Source: an uncultured delta proteobacterium
GTDB taxonomy: Bacteria > Desulfobacterota > Desulfomonilia > UBA1062
Assembly (NCBI GenBank): GCA_963752595.1
Contig: CAVVYZ010000017.1
Location: 1 to 64,000, forward strand
DNA: 64,000 bases
Reading direction: 5' to 3'
The notes below the pieces were generated by a model. It was not told the origin of the DNA. It made no database searches and saw only the letters and a list, made by a program, of their open reading frames with translations. The position numbers and the translations under genes are program-made. Positions 52,880 to 64,000 of this stretch are shown in pieces; position 1 is the first letter of the stretch, and each line of letters begins with the position of its first letter.

Positions 52880-54107
52880 TCAGGCCCGCCGATGCCTTTT
52901 CAATTAATTTCTTCGCTAAAGACTCGTCAATTCCCTCAAACTCAAGGAGATCTTCCTCCTTAGCCTTTGCAAGATCCTCTAACGTCAGATATCCTGCGTC
53001 CTTCAATGCTTCTGCCAGTGATTCGTCAACATCATCCATTGACGCTATAGCCTGCCCCTGATCAGAAGATACACTCTCCGGTGCATGCTCGGAACGGACA
53101 TCAATCTTCCACCCGGTCAATTTCGCAACCAACCGTACATTCTGTCCCTTCCTCCCGATAGCCAGACTGAGCTGATCATCGGCTACAACCACATCCATAC
53201 TCCAAGCGGCCTTATCAACAATAACCTTCGAAACCCTTGCCGGCGCAAGCGCATTACAAACAAATCTCACAGGATCTTCGGACCAAACAACGATATCCTG
53301 CCTCTCTCCCTTGAGCTCCTGAATGACATTCTGCACGCGCGCACCCTTAACACCAACACAGGTACCTACCGGATCCACCTTTGCATCATGAGATCTTACG
53401 GCAATCTTTGCACGAATACCTGGTTCGCGGGCAACAGCAACAATTTCAACTATACCTTCCGTAACTTCGGGAACTTCCATTTCGTAGAGCTTGGTTAGAA
53501 ATCGAGGGTGTGTACGAGAGAGCTCTATCTGGGGCTGACGCAAAGATTTTGTTACATCGAGGATCAATGCCTGAATCCTGTCACCGCGCCTGAAAGATTC
53601 TCCAGGGATCATTTCCTTTTCACGCAAGATCGCCTCAGCCTTCCCTATATTAACAATAGCATCTCGCCTGTCGAATCGATGAATGAATCCGGATACCAGC
53701 TCACCTTTCCGATCTATGAATTCATTGTAAACCGCATCCCTCTCGACTTCTTTCACCTTCTGGACAATTACCTGCTTGGCACTCTGGGCGGCTATTCTTC
53801 CCAGCCGCGAAGAATCGAGTTTTTCACCCAATTCATCACCTATCTGACAATTAGGATCGAGATTTCTCGCATCTTTCAGAGAGATTTGGACATTCGGATC
53901 CTCAACCTCATCAGAAATGACTTTGAACTGGAAGACCTCAACCTCATCGATACCCGGATTGTATTGTGCCTCAATATTATCATAGTCGCCATAAACCTTC
54001 CGGGCAGCGCTCTGAACCGCTGCCTCGACAACCTGGACCAGATCTTCCTGCCTGAGACCCTTTTCCTTGACTATCAATTCAATAACTTTCGACAGATTTA
54101 ATACCAT
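52869..54107 (-). CDS. nusA: Transcription termination/antitermination factor NusA
   Basis: GRIAAQSAKQV, AREPG.RAK, DPVGTCVG..G.RV, LSLAIGRKGQNVRL. Confidence 0.97.
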   Translation of the reverse strand: MVLNLSKVIELIVKEKGLRQEDLVQVVEAAVQSAARKVYGDYDNIEAQYNPGIDEVEVFQFKVISDEVEDPNVQISLKDARNLDPNCQIGDELGEKLDSSRLGRIAAQSAKQVIVQKVKEVERDAVYNEFIDRKGELVSGFIHRFDRRDAIVNIGKAEAILREKEMIPGESFRRGDRIQALILDVTKSLRQPQIELSRTHPRFLTKLYEMEVPEVTEGIVEIVAVAREPGIRAKIAVRSHDAKVDPVGTCVGVKGARVQNVIQELKGERQDIVVWSEDPVRFVCNALAPARVSKVIVDKAAWSMDVVVADDQLSLAIGRKGQNVRLVAKLTGWKIDVRSEHAPESVSSDQGQAIASMDDVDESLAEALKDAGYLTLEDLAKAKEEDLLEFEGIDESLAKKLIEKASAGLSGR

Positions 54108-54118
54108 AATTACTACTC

Positions 54119-54553
54119 CTAGAAATCGAAATCCAGATTGGCTTTCACGATATCTTTCATTTGAAGCGAAATCTCAGAACCATCAATATCCAGAAGCACT
54201 GCATCTCCTGCCAATCCTTTGATCGTCCCCCTGTATGATTCCTCTTTTGTCTGGATCTTCACCATTCTTCCTATAAAATGTTCGAAATCTTTCTCCGTTT
54301 TCAATCTTCTCGTGAGACCCGGCGAGGAAACTTCCAACCTGTACGATCCCTCGATAGGGTCTCTCGTATCCAGCAGCAGGCTCACCCTCCGGTTGACCGC
54401 AACGCAATCATCCAGCGTCACACCGCCAGGCTTATCAATGGTAAGCCTTAATACACCTCTGGAGTAATCCATCTCAATGAGCTCAAAGCCCATTATGGCT
54501 ATCTCCGGCGATATCAGCGCACTCAAGCTATCCAGTAATCCGTTATCTTTCAT
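54119..54553 (-). CDS. rimP: Ribosome maturation factor RimP
   Basis: IDKPGGVTLDDC, YRLEVSSPGL.R.L. Confidence 0.95.
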   Translation of the reverse strand: MKDNGLLDSLSALISPEIAIMGFELIEMDYSRGVLRLTIDKPGGVTLDDCVAVNRRVSLLLDTRDPIEGSYRLEVSSPGLTRRLKTEKDFEHFIGRMVKIQTKEESYRGTIKGLAGDAVLLDIDGSEISLQMKDIVKANLDFDF

Positions 54554-54560
54554 ATGAAAT

Positions 54561-54585
54561 AAAAAAGTGGGCTATCGCCCACTTC
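54561..54585 (-). promoter_or_regulatory. rimP leader hairpin/attenuator
   Basis: Minus strand AAGTGGGC-GATA-GCCCACTT-TTTT directly upstream of rimP, the typical rimP-leader motif. Confidence 0.8.
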
Positions 54586-54628
54586 GTCCTCTCTAACATT
54601 TCCTCTTCTCTAGCTTCCCTAAAACACC

Positions 54629-54704
54629 TGGAGCGGGCAACGGGATTCGAACCCGCGACATTCAGCTTGGGAAGCTGACACTCTACCAACTGAGCTATGC
54701 CCGC
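54629..54704 (-). tRNA. tRNA-Gly(CCC)
   Basis: GCGGGCATAGCTCAGTTGGTAGAGTGTCAGCTTCCCAAGCTGAATGTCGCGGGTTCGAATCCCGTTGCCCGCTCCA. Confidence 0.96.
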
Positions 54705-54861
54705 ACTGATCACTCTAATAGAATATGACCTATACTTTGTCAACACATCTTTAACAATCAAAAAGAAAGGGGTTTTCCTGAAGAAACAATGAGGAAAAAC
54801 TAGAAATAAGTTCTATCCGATAACTGAAGATTCTTTTATTCTAAGGAACGGTCGCTTTCAT

Positions 54862-55269
54862 TCATTCGATATAATCGGGGAGTATTTTCAGAAGAACCGA
54901 TCTCTTTCTCGGGCCGTCAAATTCGGCAAGATAAATACCCTGCCAAGTACCAAGAACAAGTGACCCGCTTTCCACAAGCACGGTAAGGCTCGAACCGATC
55001 AGACTCGATTTGATGTGGGCATCGGAATTCCCCTCTAGATGACGATAACCGCCGGAAGCCGGAACTAGTTTATCGAGGAACGAAAGTATATCTTCTTTCA
55101 CAGCCGGGTCGGCATTTTCGTTTATTGTTACTCCGCATGTTGTATGGGGAACATAAATGATCACTATGCCTGAGGAGACATCTTCGCTTTTCAAAAAAGA
55201 CTTGATGGAAGAGGTGATATCGATAAGCTGAGTCCTTGACGAGGTCTTTATTTCCACCCGTTTCAGCAT
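54862..55269 (-). CDS. yjbQ: YjbQ (UPF0047) family protein
   Basis: PHTTCGVTINENADP.V, H.EGNSDAHIKSSL, LGTWQGIY..EFDGPR. Confidence 0.9.
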   Translation of the reverse strand: MLKRVEIKTSSRTQLIDITSSIKSFLKSEDVSSGIVIIYVPHTTCGVTINENADPAVKEDILSFLDKLVPASGGYRHLEGNSDAHIKSSLIGSSLTVLVESGSLVLGTWQGIYLAEFDGPRKRSVLLKILPDYIE

Positions 55270-55291
55270 TCATTATTCCCCTTACAACACA

Positions 55292-56068
55292 TTATTTTTT
55301 TGTTGCAAATAATTTATCATAATTCATGGTCGTTTCCCGAGCAATATCTTCAGATGCACATCCCTTGATTTTTGCAATCTGTTCTATCGTATGAATCAGA
55401 TAAGCCGGCTCGTTTCGCTTTCCGCGGAAAGGGACCGGCGCAAGATAAGGCGCATCAGTTTCAACAAGAAGTTTTTCCATCGGGCACATGCGAACTACTT
55501 CTCTTAATGATGATGCATTCTGAAAAGTTACTACCCCGGGAACGGATATATAAAAACCCTTCTCCAGTATTGTTGAAGCCATCTCGGCATCACCGGAATA
55601 GCAATGAAATACCCCTCCGAGCTGCCAGGCATCCTCTTCATTCAAAACTCTCATTGTTTGAACGTGGGCATCGCGATCATGGATTACCAAGGGAAGCGAA
55701 AGGCTTTTCGCCAGAGATATATGAGCACGGAACAGTTCCCTTTGGAGCGGTTCGCTCTCGGGTGTACGATACAAATCAAAACCGGTTTCTCCTACTGCCG
55801 CTACTTTTCCTCGCCCGATGAGACTTTGTAAAGAATGAACATCTTCGGCGGTGTATTTACCGGCATTCTGAGGGTGTATGCCGAGGCTCACCTGTATTCC
55901 TTTATCTAGCGAGGCTAATTCCAGTGCCTTTTCCGAATCAACGGGGTCTGTACCAACCAGGAGCATATTCCTGACGCCCGAAGAAAACGCTCGGTCAATT
56001 ACCTCTTTACGATCTTTATTGAATGCATGAAATTGCAGATGATTATGAGAATCTGAAATACTACTCAT
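55292..56068 (-). CDS. TatD family hydrolase
   Basis: DSHNH, GIHP, VGETGFD, IHDRDA, FHCYSG, ETDAPYLAP. Confidence 0.93.
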   Translation of the reverse strand: MSSISDSHNHLQFHAFNKDRKEVIDRAFSSGVRNMLLVGTDPVDSEKALELASLDKGIQVSLGIHPQNAGKYTAEDVHSLQSLIGRGKVAAVGETGFDLYRTPESEPLQRELFRAHISLAKSLSLPLVIHDRDAHVQTMRVLNEEDAWQLGGVFHCYSGDAEMASTILEKGFYISVPGVVTFQNASSLREVVRMCPMEKLLVETDAPYLAPVPFRGKRNEPAYLIHTIEQIAKIKGCASEDIARETTMNYDKLFATKK

Positions 56069-56069
56069 A

Positions 56070-56822
56070 TTACATAATTTTCCTGAGATACTTGTGGATC
56101 ATGGAATTGCTCGCCAGAATATCCCTGCAATACACATCAAAGGGTTTACCATCGATTCCCGTGATTTTACCTCCTGCCTCAAGCACGATTGCCGCACCTG
56201 CAGCAACATCCCAGGGATATAGACCGATTTCCCAGAAACCGTCAAACGAACCTGCAGCAACATAGCATAAGTCCAAAGCTGCAGAACCAAGCCTGCGAAT
56301 ACCTTGTACCTCTCCGAGGATCCGTGAAAAACGTGAAATGATATCTCCCGCATGTTCTCCTGAATAGGGAAACCCTGTTACAACGAGAGCATCTATCAAC
56401 CGGGATGTTTCAGAAACAAAAATTCTCTTCCCGCTTCTATAAGCCCCCTTCCCACGTTCAGAATAATACAACTCCTCGCTTACCGGATTATAACAAACAC
56501 CTATATAAGGATTTTTATCTTTATAAACAGCTATAGAGACGCAAAATATCGGGATGCTGTGTACATAATTCACCGTACCATCCAAGGGGTCTACGAACCA
56601 GGTGAATCCGGCACCTGTCTCTTTTGTCAATCCTTCTTCAGCAATGACTGAATGGTTCGGAAATTCACGTTCGATTTCTCCAAAGATTATATCTTGCGAA
56701 CCTTTATCAACTCGAGTTACCGGATTGATACGGCTTTTGAATTCTACCTGAAGGTCTGTACCGATATTCTGCTTGAGATAACCGCCAGCCTTTTTTGCGA
56801 GATAAATAACAAAATCCAGCAT
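56070..56822 (-). CDS. suhB: Inositol monophosphatase family protein
   Basis: AEE, WFVDPLDGTVNY, RRLGSAALDL.YVA.G.FDG, WDVAAG; start could be 56852. Confidence 0.88.
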   Translation of the reverse strand: MLDFVIYLAKKAGGYLKQNIGTDLQVEFKSRINPVTRVDKGSQDIIFGEIEREFPNHSVIAEEGLTKETGAGFTWFVDPLDGTVNYVHSIPIFCVSIAVYKDKNPYIGVCYNPVSEELYYSERGKGAYRSGKRIFVSETSRLIDALVVTGFPYSGEHAGDIISRFSRILGEVQGIRRLGSAALDLCYVAAGSFDGFWEIGLYPWDVAAGAAIVLEAGGKITGIDGKPFDVYCRDILASNSMIHKYLRKIM

Positions 56823-56866
56823 AGCAACTCTTGCCAACCTCCTGACTTTCATGTACCATAATAAAT

Positions 56867-57382
56867 ATGGATTGCGTTTACAAGATAAAAAAGAAGCTTA
56901 AACTTCCCATGACTCTCGCAACAGTCATATCCATACCGGTCTTTGCAGATGTCATCATGCAAGGCTACAAAACCTCTCTTCTGGTTATGGCTGCTTCTCT
57001 TATGATACTTTTCTATCTCCTCACTATCAATAACTTATTACGAAAAGTGTGGATAACGGACAAAGAGATCTCGATCCGCGGCATTACAGGCTTGCGGCGT
57101 CTTCCCTTTGAGGATATTTCCTTCATCGACGGCATAACCATGGGCACGAGGCAATTCGTCTCCCTGTCGAGCAAAAAACGAAACTACCTTATCCCCAACA
57201 GTTTCGAGAATTTTTCTGATATCGTTTCCACCCTTGAACAGGTAGCAAATGAAGGTACCCTTGGAGAAGGATTAAAATCCATGAAAGAGAATATCGTTGT
57301 CCGTAAGAGTGATATAACCGGTGCATGGATTACCGTCATTCTGTTGCTCATCATCATCCTCGTCAGATTTTTTCCCCGATGA
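56867..57382 (+). CDS. Hypothetical membrane protein (bacterial PH-domain-like)
   Basis: Two N-terminal TM helices, a beta-rich middle and a C-terminal TM helix. Confidence 0.65.
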   Translation: MDCVYKIKKKLKLPMTLATVISIPVFADVIMQGYKTSLLVMAASLMILFYLLTINNLLRKVWITDKEISIRGITGLRRLPFEDISFIDGITMGTRQFVSLSSKKRNYLIPNSFENFSDIVSTLEQVANEGTLGEGLKSMKENIVVRKSDITGAWITVILLLIIILVRFFPR

Positions 57383-57456
57383 ATCCATTCAATTTATCAA
57401 TTCTCAATCAAACAAATTACAAAAAATATATTGTTTATTCGAGATCTTATAAATAG

Positions 57457-57472
57457 TGTTTCACGTGAAACT
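57457..57472. other. parS: parS centromere-like site
   Basis: TGTTTCACGTGAAACT, 15/16 match to TGTTTCACGTGAAACA, 38 nt upstream of parA. Confidence 0.9.
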
Positions 57473-57510
57473 TTTCTATTCAAAATGATTTTTTTTTATG
57501 GTAGAGCAAC

Positions 57511-58293
57511 ATGGTGAGTCCTAAGATTATAAGCATCTCCAATCAGAAGGGCGGCGTGGGTAAGACTACGACTGCAATAAATCTCGCTTCGTCTTTTGCG
57601 TTGCTGGGTAAGCGCACATTGCTTGTTGATCTGGATCCCCAGGCTAATGCGACAACCGGTGTCGGCATGAATCCTGAAACAGTAGCTTCCCATATCTATC
57701 ATGTCATGATCGGGGAAAAAGATGTTAACACAGTAATCAGGCAGACAAAGCTGAAAGATTTCTTCATAATCCCGAGTCATACTGATCTTGTCGGTGTAGA
57801 GTTTGAGCTGATGAATGAACCCATGAGGGAACGTACCATTTCCCGTTGCTTTTCTCAAATCACTCATCCCTTCGATTATATTATCATCGACTGTCCTCCC
57901 TCTTTGGGGCTCATTACTTTAAATGCACTCACGGCTTCCCATTCCATTCTCATCCCCGTTCAGTGTGAGTATTATGCACTTGAAGGTCTCAAGAGCCTGC
58001 TTAATACCTACAAGCTGGTGAAGAAGAGGCTGAATCCGAGCCTTGCCATTGAGGGTTTTCTTCTCACCATGTATGATTCTCGCACCCGTCTGAGTAATGA
58101 TATTGCAGATAATATGAAGGATCATTTCAGTTCTCAGGTTTTTAAAACTATTATTCCGAGGAATATTCGTTTATGCGAGGCTCCAAGTTTCGGCCTTCCA
58201 ATCTGCCTGTATGATATTTCATCAAAGGGTGCCCAGCATTATCTCATGCTTGCAAAAGAAATTCTTGCGCTGGAGGCAGGGTATGAAAACTAA
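57511..58293 (+). CDS. parA: Chromosome partitioning ATPase ParA/Soj
   Basis: NQKGGVGKTTT, DLDPQAN, IDCPPSLG, QCEYYALEG, IPRN.RL.EAPSFG. Confidence 0.96.
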   Translation: MVSPKIISISNQKGGVGKTTTAINLASSFALLGKRTLLVDLDPQANATTGVGMNPETVASHIYHVMIGEKDVNTVIRQTKLKDFFIIPSHTDLVGVEFELMNEPMRERTISRCFSQITHPFDYIIIDCPPSLGLITLNALTASHSILIPVQCEYYALEGLKSLLNTYKLVKKRLNPSLAIEGFLLTMYDSRTRLSNDIADNMKDHFSSQVFKTIIPRNIRLCEAPSFGLPICLYDISSKGAQHYLMLAKEILALEAGYEN

Positions 58294-59131
58294 AACGCGC
58301 TTGGGGAGAGGCATCGATGCGATCTTTACCGACAGTCTCCAGGATGATTCTTCACAAGTTATAGAAATACCGTTGGATGAAATTTATCCCAATCCTACTC
58401 AACCGAGAAAGACCTTCGATGAAAATTCCATTGCCGAACTTGCAGAATCTATCAAATCTCATGGTCTTATCTCTCCGATTCTCGTAAGGAGAATGAATTC
58501 GAGATATGAGATCATTGCAGGCGAGAGGAGATATCAGGCATGTAAATTAGCCGGCATCCGGAATATACCTTCGATTGTAAAGGATATCTCGGATGCGGAT
58601 GCCTTTAAGATCTCTCTGGTTGAAAATCTTCAGCGAGAAGATTTGAACCCAATGGAAGAATCAGAGGCTTTTTATACGCTAAAAGAACAATTCAATTTGA
58701 CACACCAGGATATTGCTGATGCGGTTCAGAAAGACAGGTCTACCATTACGAACTCATTGCGTCTCGTAAATCTCCCTGAAGAGGTGAAAAAATCTCTCAG
58801 GGAAGGAGTTATTTCCACAGGTCATGCCCGTGCCATTTTAATGATTGATAATTATCCCTCTCAGATAGTTCTTCTTAATAAAATCATTTCTCACACATTG
58901 AGTGTCAGAGAAGCAGAGAAGGCTGCATCTGAGAAAGGAAAGAAGAAAAAATGCCTACGGAAGCAAGACCCGTATTTGGAAGAAATTTCCTCTGTTCTTG
59001 CTGAGAAGCTCGGCGTAAAAGTTGTTTGTTTGTGGGGGAAAAGTAAGGGTAAGATCGTAATTGATGTGAGTACGCGAGATGATTTAAAAAGAATTGTACA
59101 GGAACTTTGTCAACATGAAGTACCTATCTGA
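58283..59131 (+). CDS. parB: Chromosome partitioning protein ParB/Spo0J
   Basis: LGRGIDA, NP.QPRK.F, IIAGERR, ENLQREDLNP, HTH. Confidence 0.96.
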   Translation: MKTKTRLGRGIDAIFTDSLQDDSSQVIEIPLDEIYPNPTQPRKTFDENSIAELAESIKSHGLISPILVRRMNSRYEIIAGERRYQACKLAGIRNIPSIVKDISDADAFKISLVENLQREDLNPMEESEAFYTLKEQFNLTHQDIADAVQKDRSTITNSLRLVNLPEEVKKSLREGVISTGHARAILMIDNYPSQIVLLNKIISHTLSVREAEKAASEKGKKKKCLRKQDPYLEEISSVLAEKLGVKVVCLWGKSKGKIVIDVSTRDDLKRIVQELCQHEVPI

Positions 59132-59302
59132 CCATAGAAGTTTTGAACATGTTGACACGGAATAGAATCAGATTCGGTATGGTGGTAAATTATAAACGTT
59201 GTTTTGAACCGGTCAAAAGGGTTAAAAACAAAGGGTTGATTTGGTTATGAACAGGTGAAAAGGTTTTATTAGTTATAACTATATCTAGGGAGAATAAAAA
59301 AA

Positions 59303-60427
59303 ATGAGATGTAACATTTCTAAAGTATCTTTGCAGAACATGCTTTCAAAAGTTCAAGGTTTCACGGAAAAAAAATCCACCCTCCCTATTTTGAGCCATGT
59401 CCTGCTTGAGGCTAAAGGTGATTCTTTGCAGGTTAAAGCGACTGATCTCCATACCTCAATTCAAGTGAAAGCTCCCTGCGAAGTCAATCAACCCGGTGCA
59501 TGTGCAATTAATGGAAAGAGTTTTTATGATGTGGTTCGAGAATTACCCGATCAAATGCTCCAGATACTTATAGAGGATAATTCACGGGCTCAAATCAATG
59601 CCGTAAACAGTAAGATAAAAATGAATGTAATGGATGCTGAAGAATATCCTATGGTCGAATTTTCGGATCTGGAGAAAGGATACCCGATCGATCTTGCCGT
59701 GATGAAACCAATGATAGAGAGGACGATTTTTTCCATTCCTTCTTCAGCTGAGAGCGACAGCAAGTATACATTAGGAGGAGCTCTTCTTACGTCTGGTATA
59801 ACGGACAGCAAAGAAGGATATATAGAGATGGTTTCGACCGATACCAGAAGGCTCTCTGTTGTACGATATCTCATGGATAGGCAGATCGACATGGGAAGCG
59901 GTATCATTGTCCCGCGGAAAGGACTTCAGGAACTTAAACGGCTTATGGATAGCAAGGAAGGTGATTCCAGTATTCTCCTTACGAGGGATTCGATCTTTTT
60001 TGTATCTCCTGATACGATAGCTACGGTTCGGTTGATTGATGGTAAATTTCCGGATTATCAAAGTGTAGTTGCTTTGGAAAGCTTTCCGATCTATACCCGG
60101 GTAAATGCTCAGGAGCTTTTTACTGTATTGAAAGTTTGTGTTGCAATGGTTTCTGATATCTCCAATTGTGTGAGATTTTCATTTCAGAAAAACCAGATAG
60201 TGGTTTTTGCAAACAATCCTGATCAGGGTGAGGTTGAGACGCCTATCCCTGCAGAGCATTTTGGCCAGGAATTGGAGATTAATTTTAATCCCCGGTATTT
60301 TATGGATTGCTTATCGTTTGTTGAAGGTGAAATTGAAATAAGGCTGAAAGGTCCCCAGGGTCCTTGCATGATAACGGATTTTAAAAACACAGAAAGTAAA
60401 TGGGTAATTATGCCCATGCGCTTCTAG
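59303..60427 (+). CDS. dnaN: DNA polymerase III beta sliding clamp
   Basis: TLPILS, ATDL, STD.RRL, IVPRKG, RLIDGKFPDY, FNPRY, VIMPMR. Confidence 0.95.
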   Translation: MRCNISKVSLQNMLSKVQGFTEKKSTLPILSHVLLEAKGDSLQVKATDLHTSIQVKAPCEVNQPGACAINGKSFYDVVRELPDQMLQILIEDNSRAQINAVNSKIKMNVMDAEEYPMVEFSDLEKGYPIDLAVMKPMIERTIFSIPSSAESDSKYTLGGALLTSGITDSKEGYIEMVSTDTRRLSVVRYLMDRQIDMGSGIIVPRKGLQELKRLMDSKEGDSSILLTRDSIFFVSPDTIATVRLIDGKFPDYQSVVALESFPIYTRVNAQELFTVLKVCVAMVSDISNCVRFSFQKNQIVVFANNPDQGEVETPIPAEHFGQELEINFNPRYFMDCLSFVEGEIEIRLKGPQGPCMITDFKNTESKWVIMPMRF

Positions 60428-60442
60428 GAGGCGTAAGGTTAG

Positions 60443-62836
<2,394 letters not shown>

Positions 62837-62863
62837 AGAAAGAATAACAACTGAGGAATATTC

Positions 62864-64000
62864 ATGAATATAACTACCGTCGCAATAGATCAGGAGATGA
62901 GGCGTTCGTACCTTGACTACTCCATGAGTGTAATTATCGGCCGGGCCATTCCTGATGTCAGAGATGGGCTCAAGCCGGTTCATCGCCGGGTATTGTTCGC
63001 TATGCATGAGCAATCAAATACTCATAACAGGGCTTACAAAAAATCCGCCCGTATTGTCGGTGATGTTATCGGTAAGTACCATCCCCATGGCGATTCAGCG
63101 GTATACGATACCATTGTGAGAATGGCTCAGAAGTTTTCAATGAGGTATCCTCTTGTCGATGGACAGGGGAATTTCGGATCTGTTGATGGAGATCCTGCGG
63201 CTGCAATGAGATATACCGAGATACGGATGGAGCGTCTTGCAGAAGAGATGCTTGCAGATATCGAAAAAGATACCGTTGATCATCATCCTAATTATGACGA
63301 GTCGCTGCTTGAACCCGATGTCCTTCCCACCCGTATCCCCGCTTTGCTTCTGAACGGTTCTTCGGGAATTGCCGTCGGTATGGCTACGAGCATTCCGCCC
63401 CACAACAGCAGCGAGCTTATCAATTCGCTCATAGCATTGATCGACCGTCCGAATATCGAGCTGGAAGAAATCATGAAGATCATTCCCGGGCCCGATTTCC
63501 CCACCGGGGGGATTATATTCTCAGGCGGGGAGATAGAAAAGGCATACGCCACGGGAAGAGGCATCATAACCTTGCGGGGAACGTTGAGCAAAGAGCAGGA
63601 TAATAATCGTGATAAGCTCATCATAACGGAGCTCCCGTATACGGTAAATAAGGCCGATCTGGTTGAGAGGATAGCAATACTCACCAATGAGAAAAAAATA
63701 GACGGCATATCCAATATCCGCGACGAATCGGATAAAGACGGCATGCGGGTGGTTATCGATCTGAAAAAAGGTGCTCAGCCTGAGGTGATCGAGAACCTAC
63801 TCTACAAGCTCACCAATCTGCAGACTTCTTTTTCCATGAACATGCTCGCCATCCATAACGGCAGGCCCAAGGTAATGGGGTTGCGCGAGATGCTCAATGC
63901 ATTCCTCGATTTCCGTGAGGAAGTAGTAACACGCAGGAGCCTCTTTGAGCTGAATAAAGCCAAAGCAAGGGTTCATATCCTGGAAGGACTCCTGAAAGCC
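62864..64000 (+). CDS. gyrA: DNA gyrase subunit A (runs off the window end)
   Basis: ATG 62864: ...[28 protein letters not shown]...[12 protein letters not shown]...AAAMRYTE. Confidence 0.97.
   Translation, partial: MNITTVAIDQEMRRSYLDYSMSVIIGRAIPDVRDGLKPVHRRVLFAMHEQSNTHNRAYKKSARIVGDVIGKYHPHGDSAVYDTIVRMAQKFSMRYPLVDGQGNFGSVDGDPAAAMRYTEIRMERLAEEMLADIEKDTVDHHPNYDESLLEPDVLPTRIPALLLNGSSGIAVGMATSIPPHNSSELINSLIALIDRPNIELEEIMKIIPGPDFPTGGIIFSGGEIEKAYATGRGIITLRGTLSKEQDNNRDKLIITELPYTVNKADLVERIAILTNEKKIDGISNIRDESDKDGMRVVIDLKKGAQPEVIENLLYKLTNLQTSFSMNMLAIHNGRPKVMGLREMLNAFLDFREEVVTRRSLFELNKAKARVHILEGLLKA

Overview
A 64-kb bacterial chromosome segment, most likely from an anaerobic Desulfobacterota (deltaproteobacterial) genome; the taxonomy is inferred from gene order and content. 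The right two-thirds is mostly housekeeping: pyrR-pyrB-pyrC, lepB, rfbA/B/D, truA, the rimP-nusA-infB-rbfA-truB-rpsO-pnp operon, and parS-parA-parB-dnaN-gyrB-gyrA with a strand switch that suggests the replication origin. It also holds three tRNAs and a type IV pilin. The left third has a class-III aminotransferase plus RuBisCO-like protein pair, a Zn-phospholipase-C-like gene, a FadL porin, glyQS/recO/mgtE, a radical SAM gene, a Cu P-type ATPase, a PAS kinase/UvrY-like regulator pair and a LemA/TPM operon. Several genes carry single-base frameshifts that look like sequencing errors. Highlights the ORF track does not explain: (1) two tandem 71-aa glutaredoxin-like selenoprotein genes, each with two in-frame UGA codons followed by SECIS-like hairpins; (2) a 588-aa GAPDH-like protein whose conserved motifs appear in swapped segment order; (3) a probable sRNA behind a GacA-box-like palindrome, directly downstream of the regulator; (4) a group IIC intron 5' remnant after the pilin terminator; (5) an origin-like region with no dnaA and non-canonical DnaA-box-like repeats.
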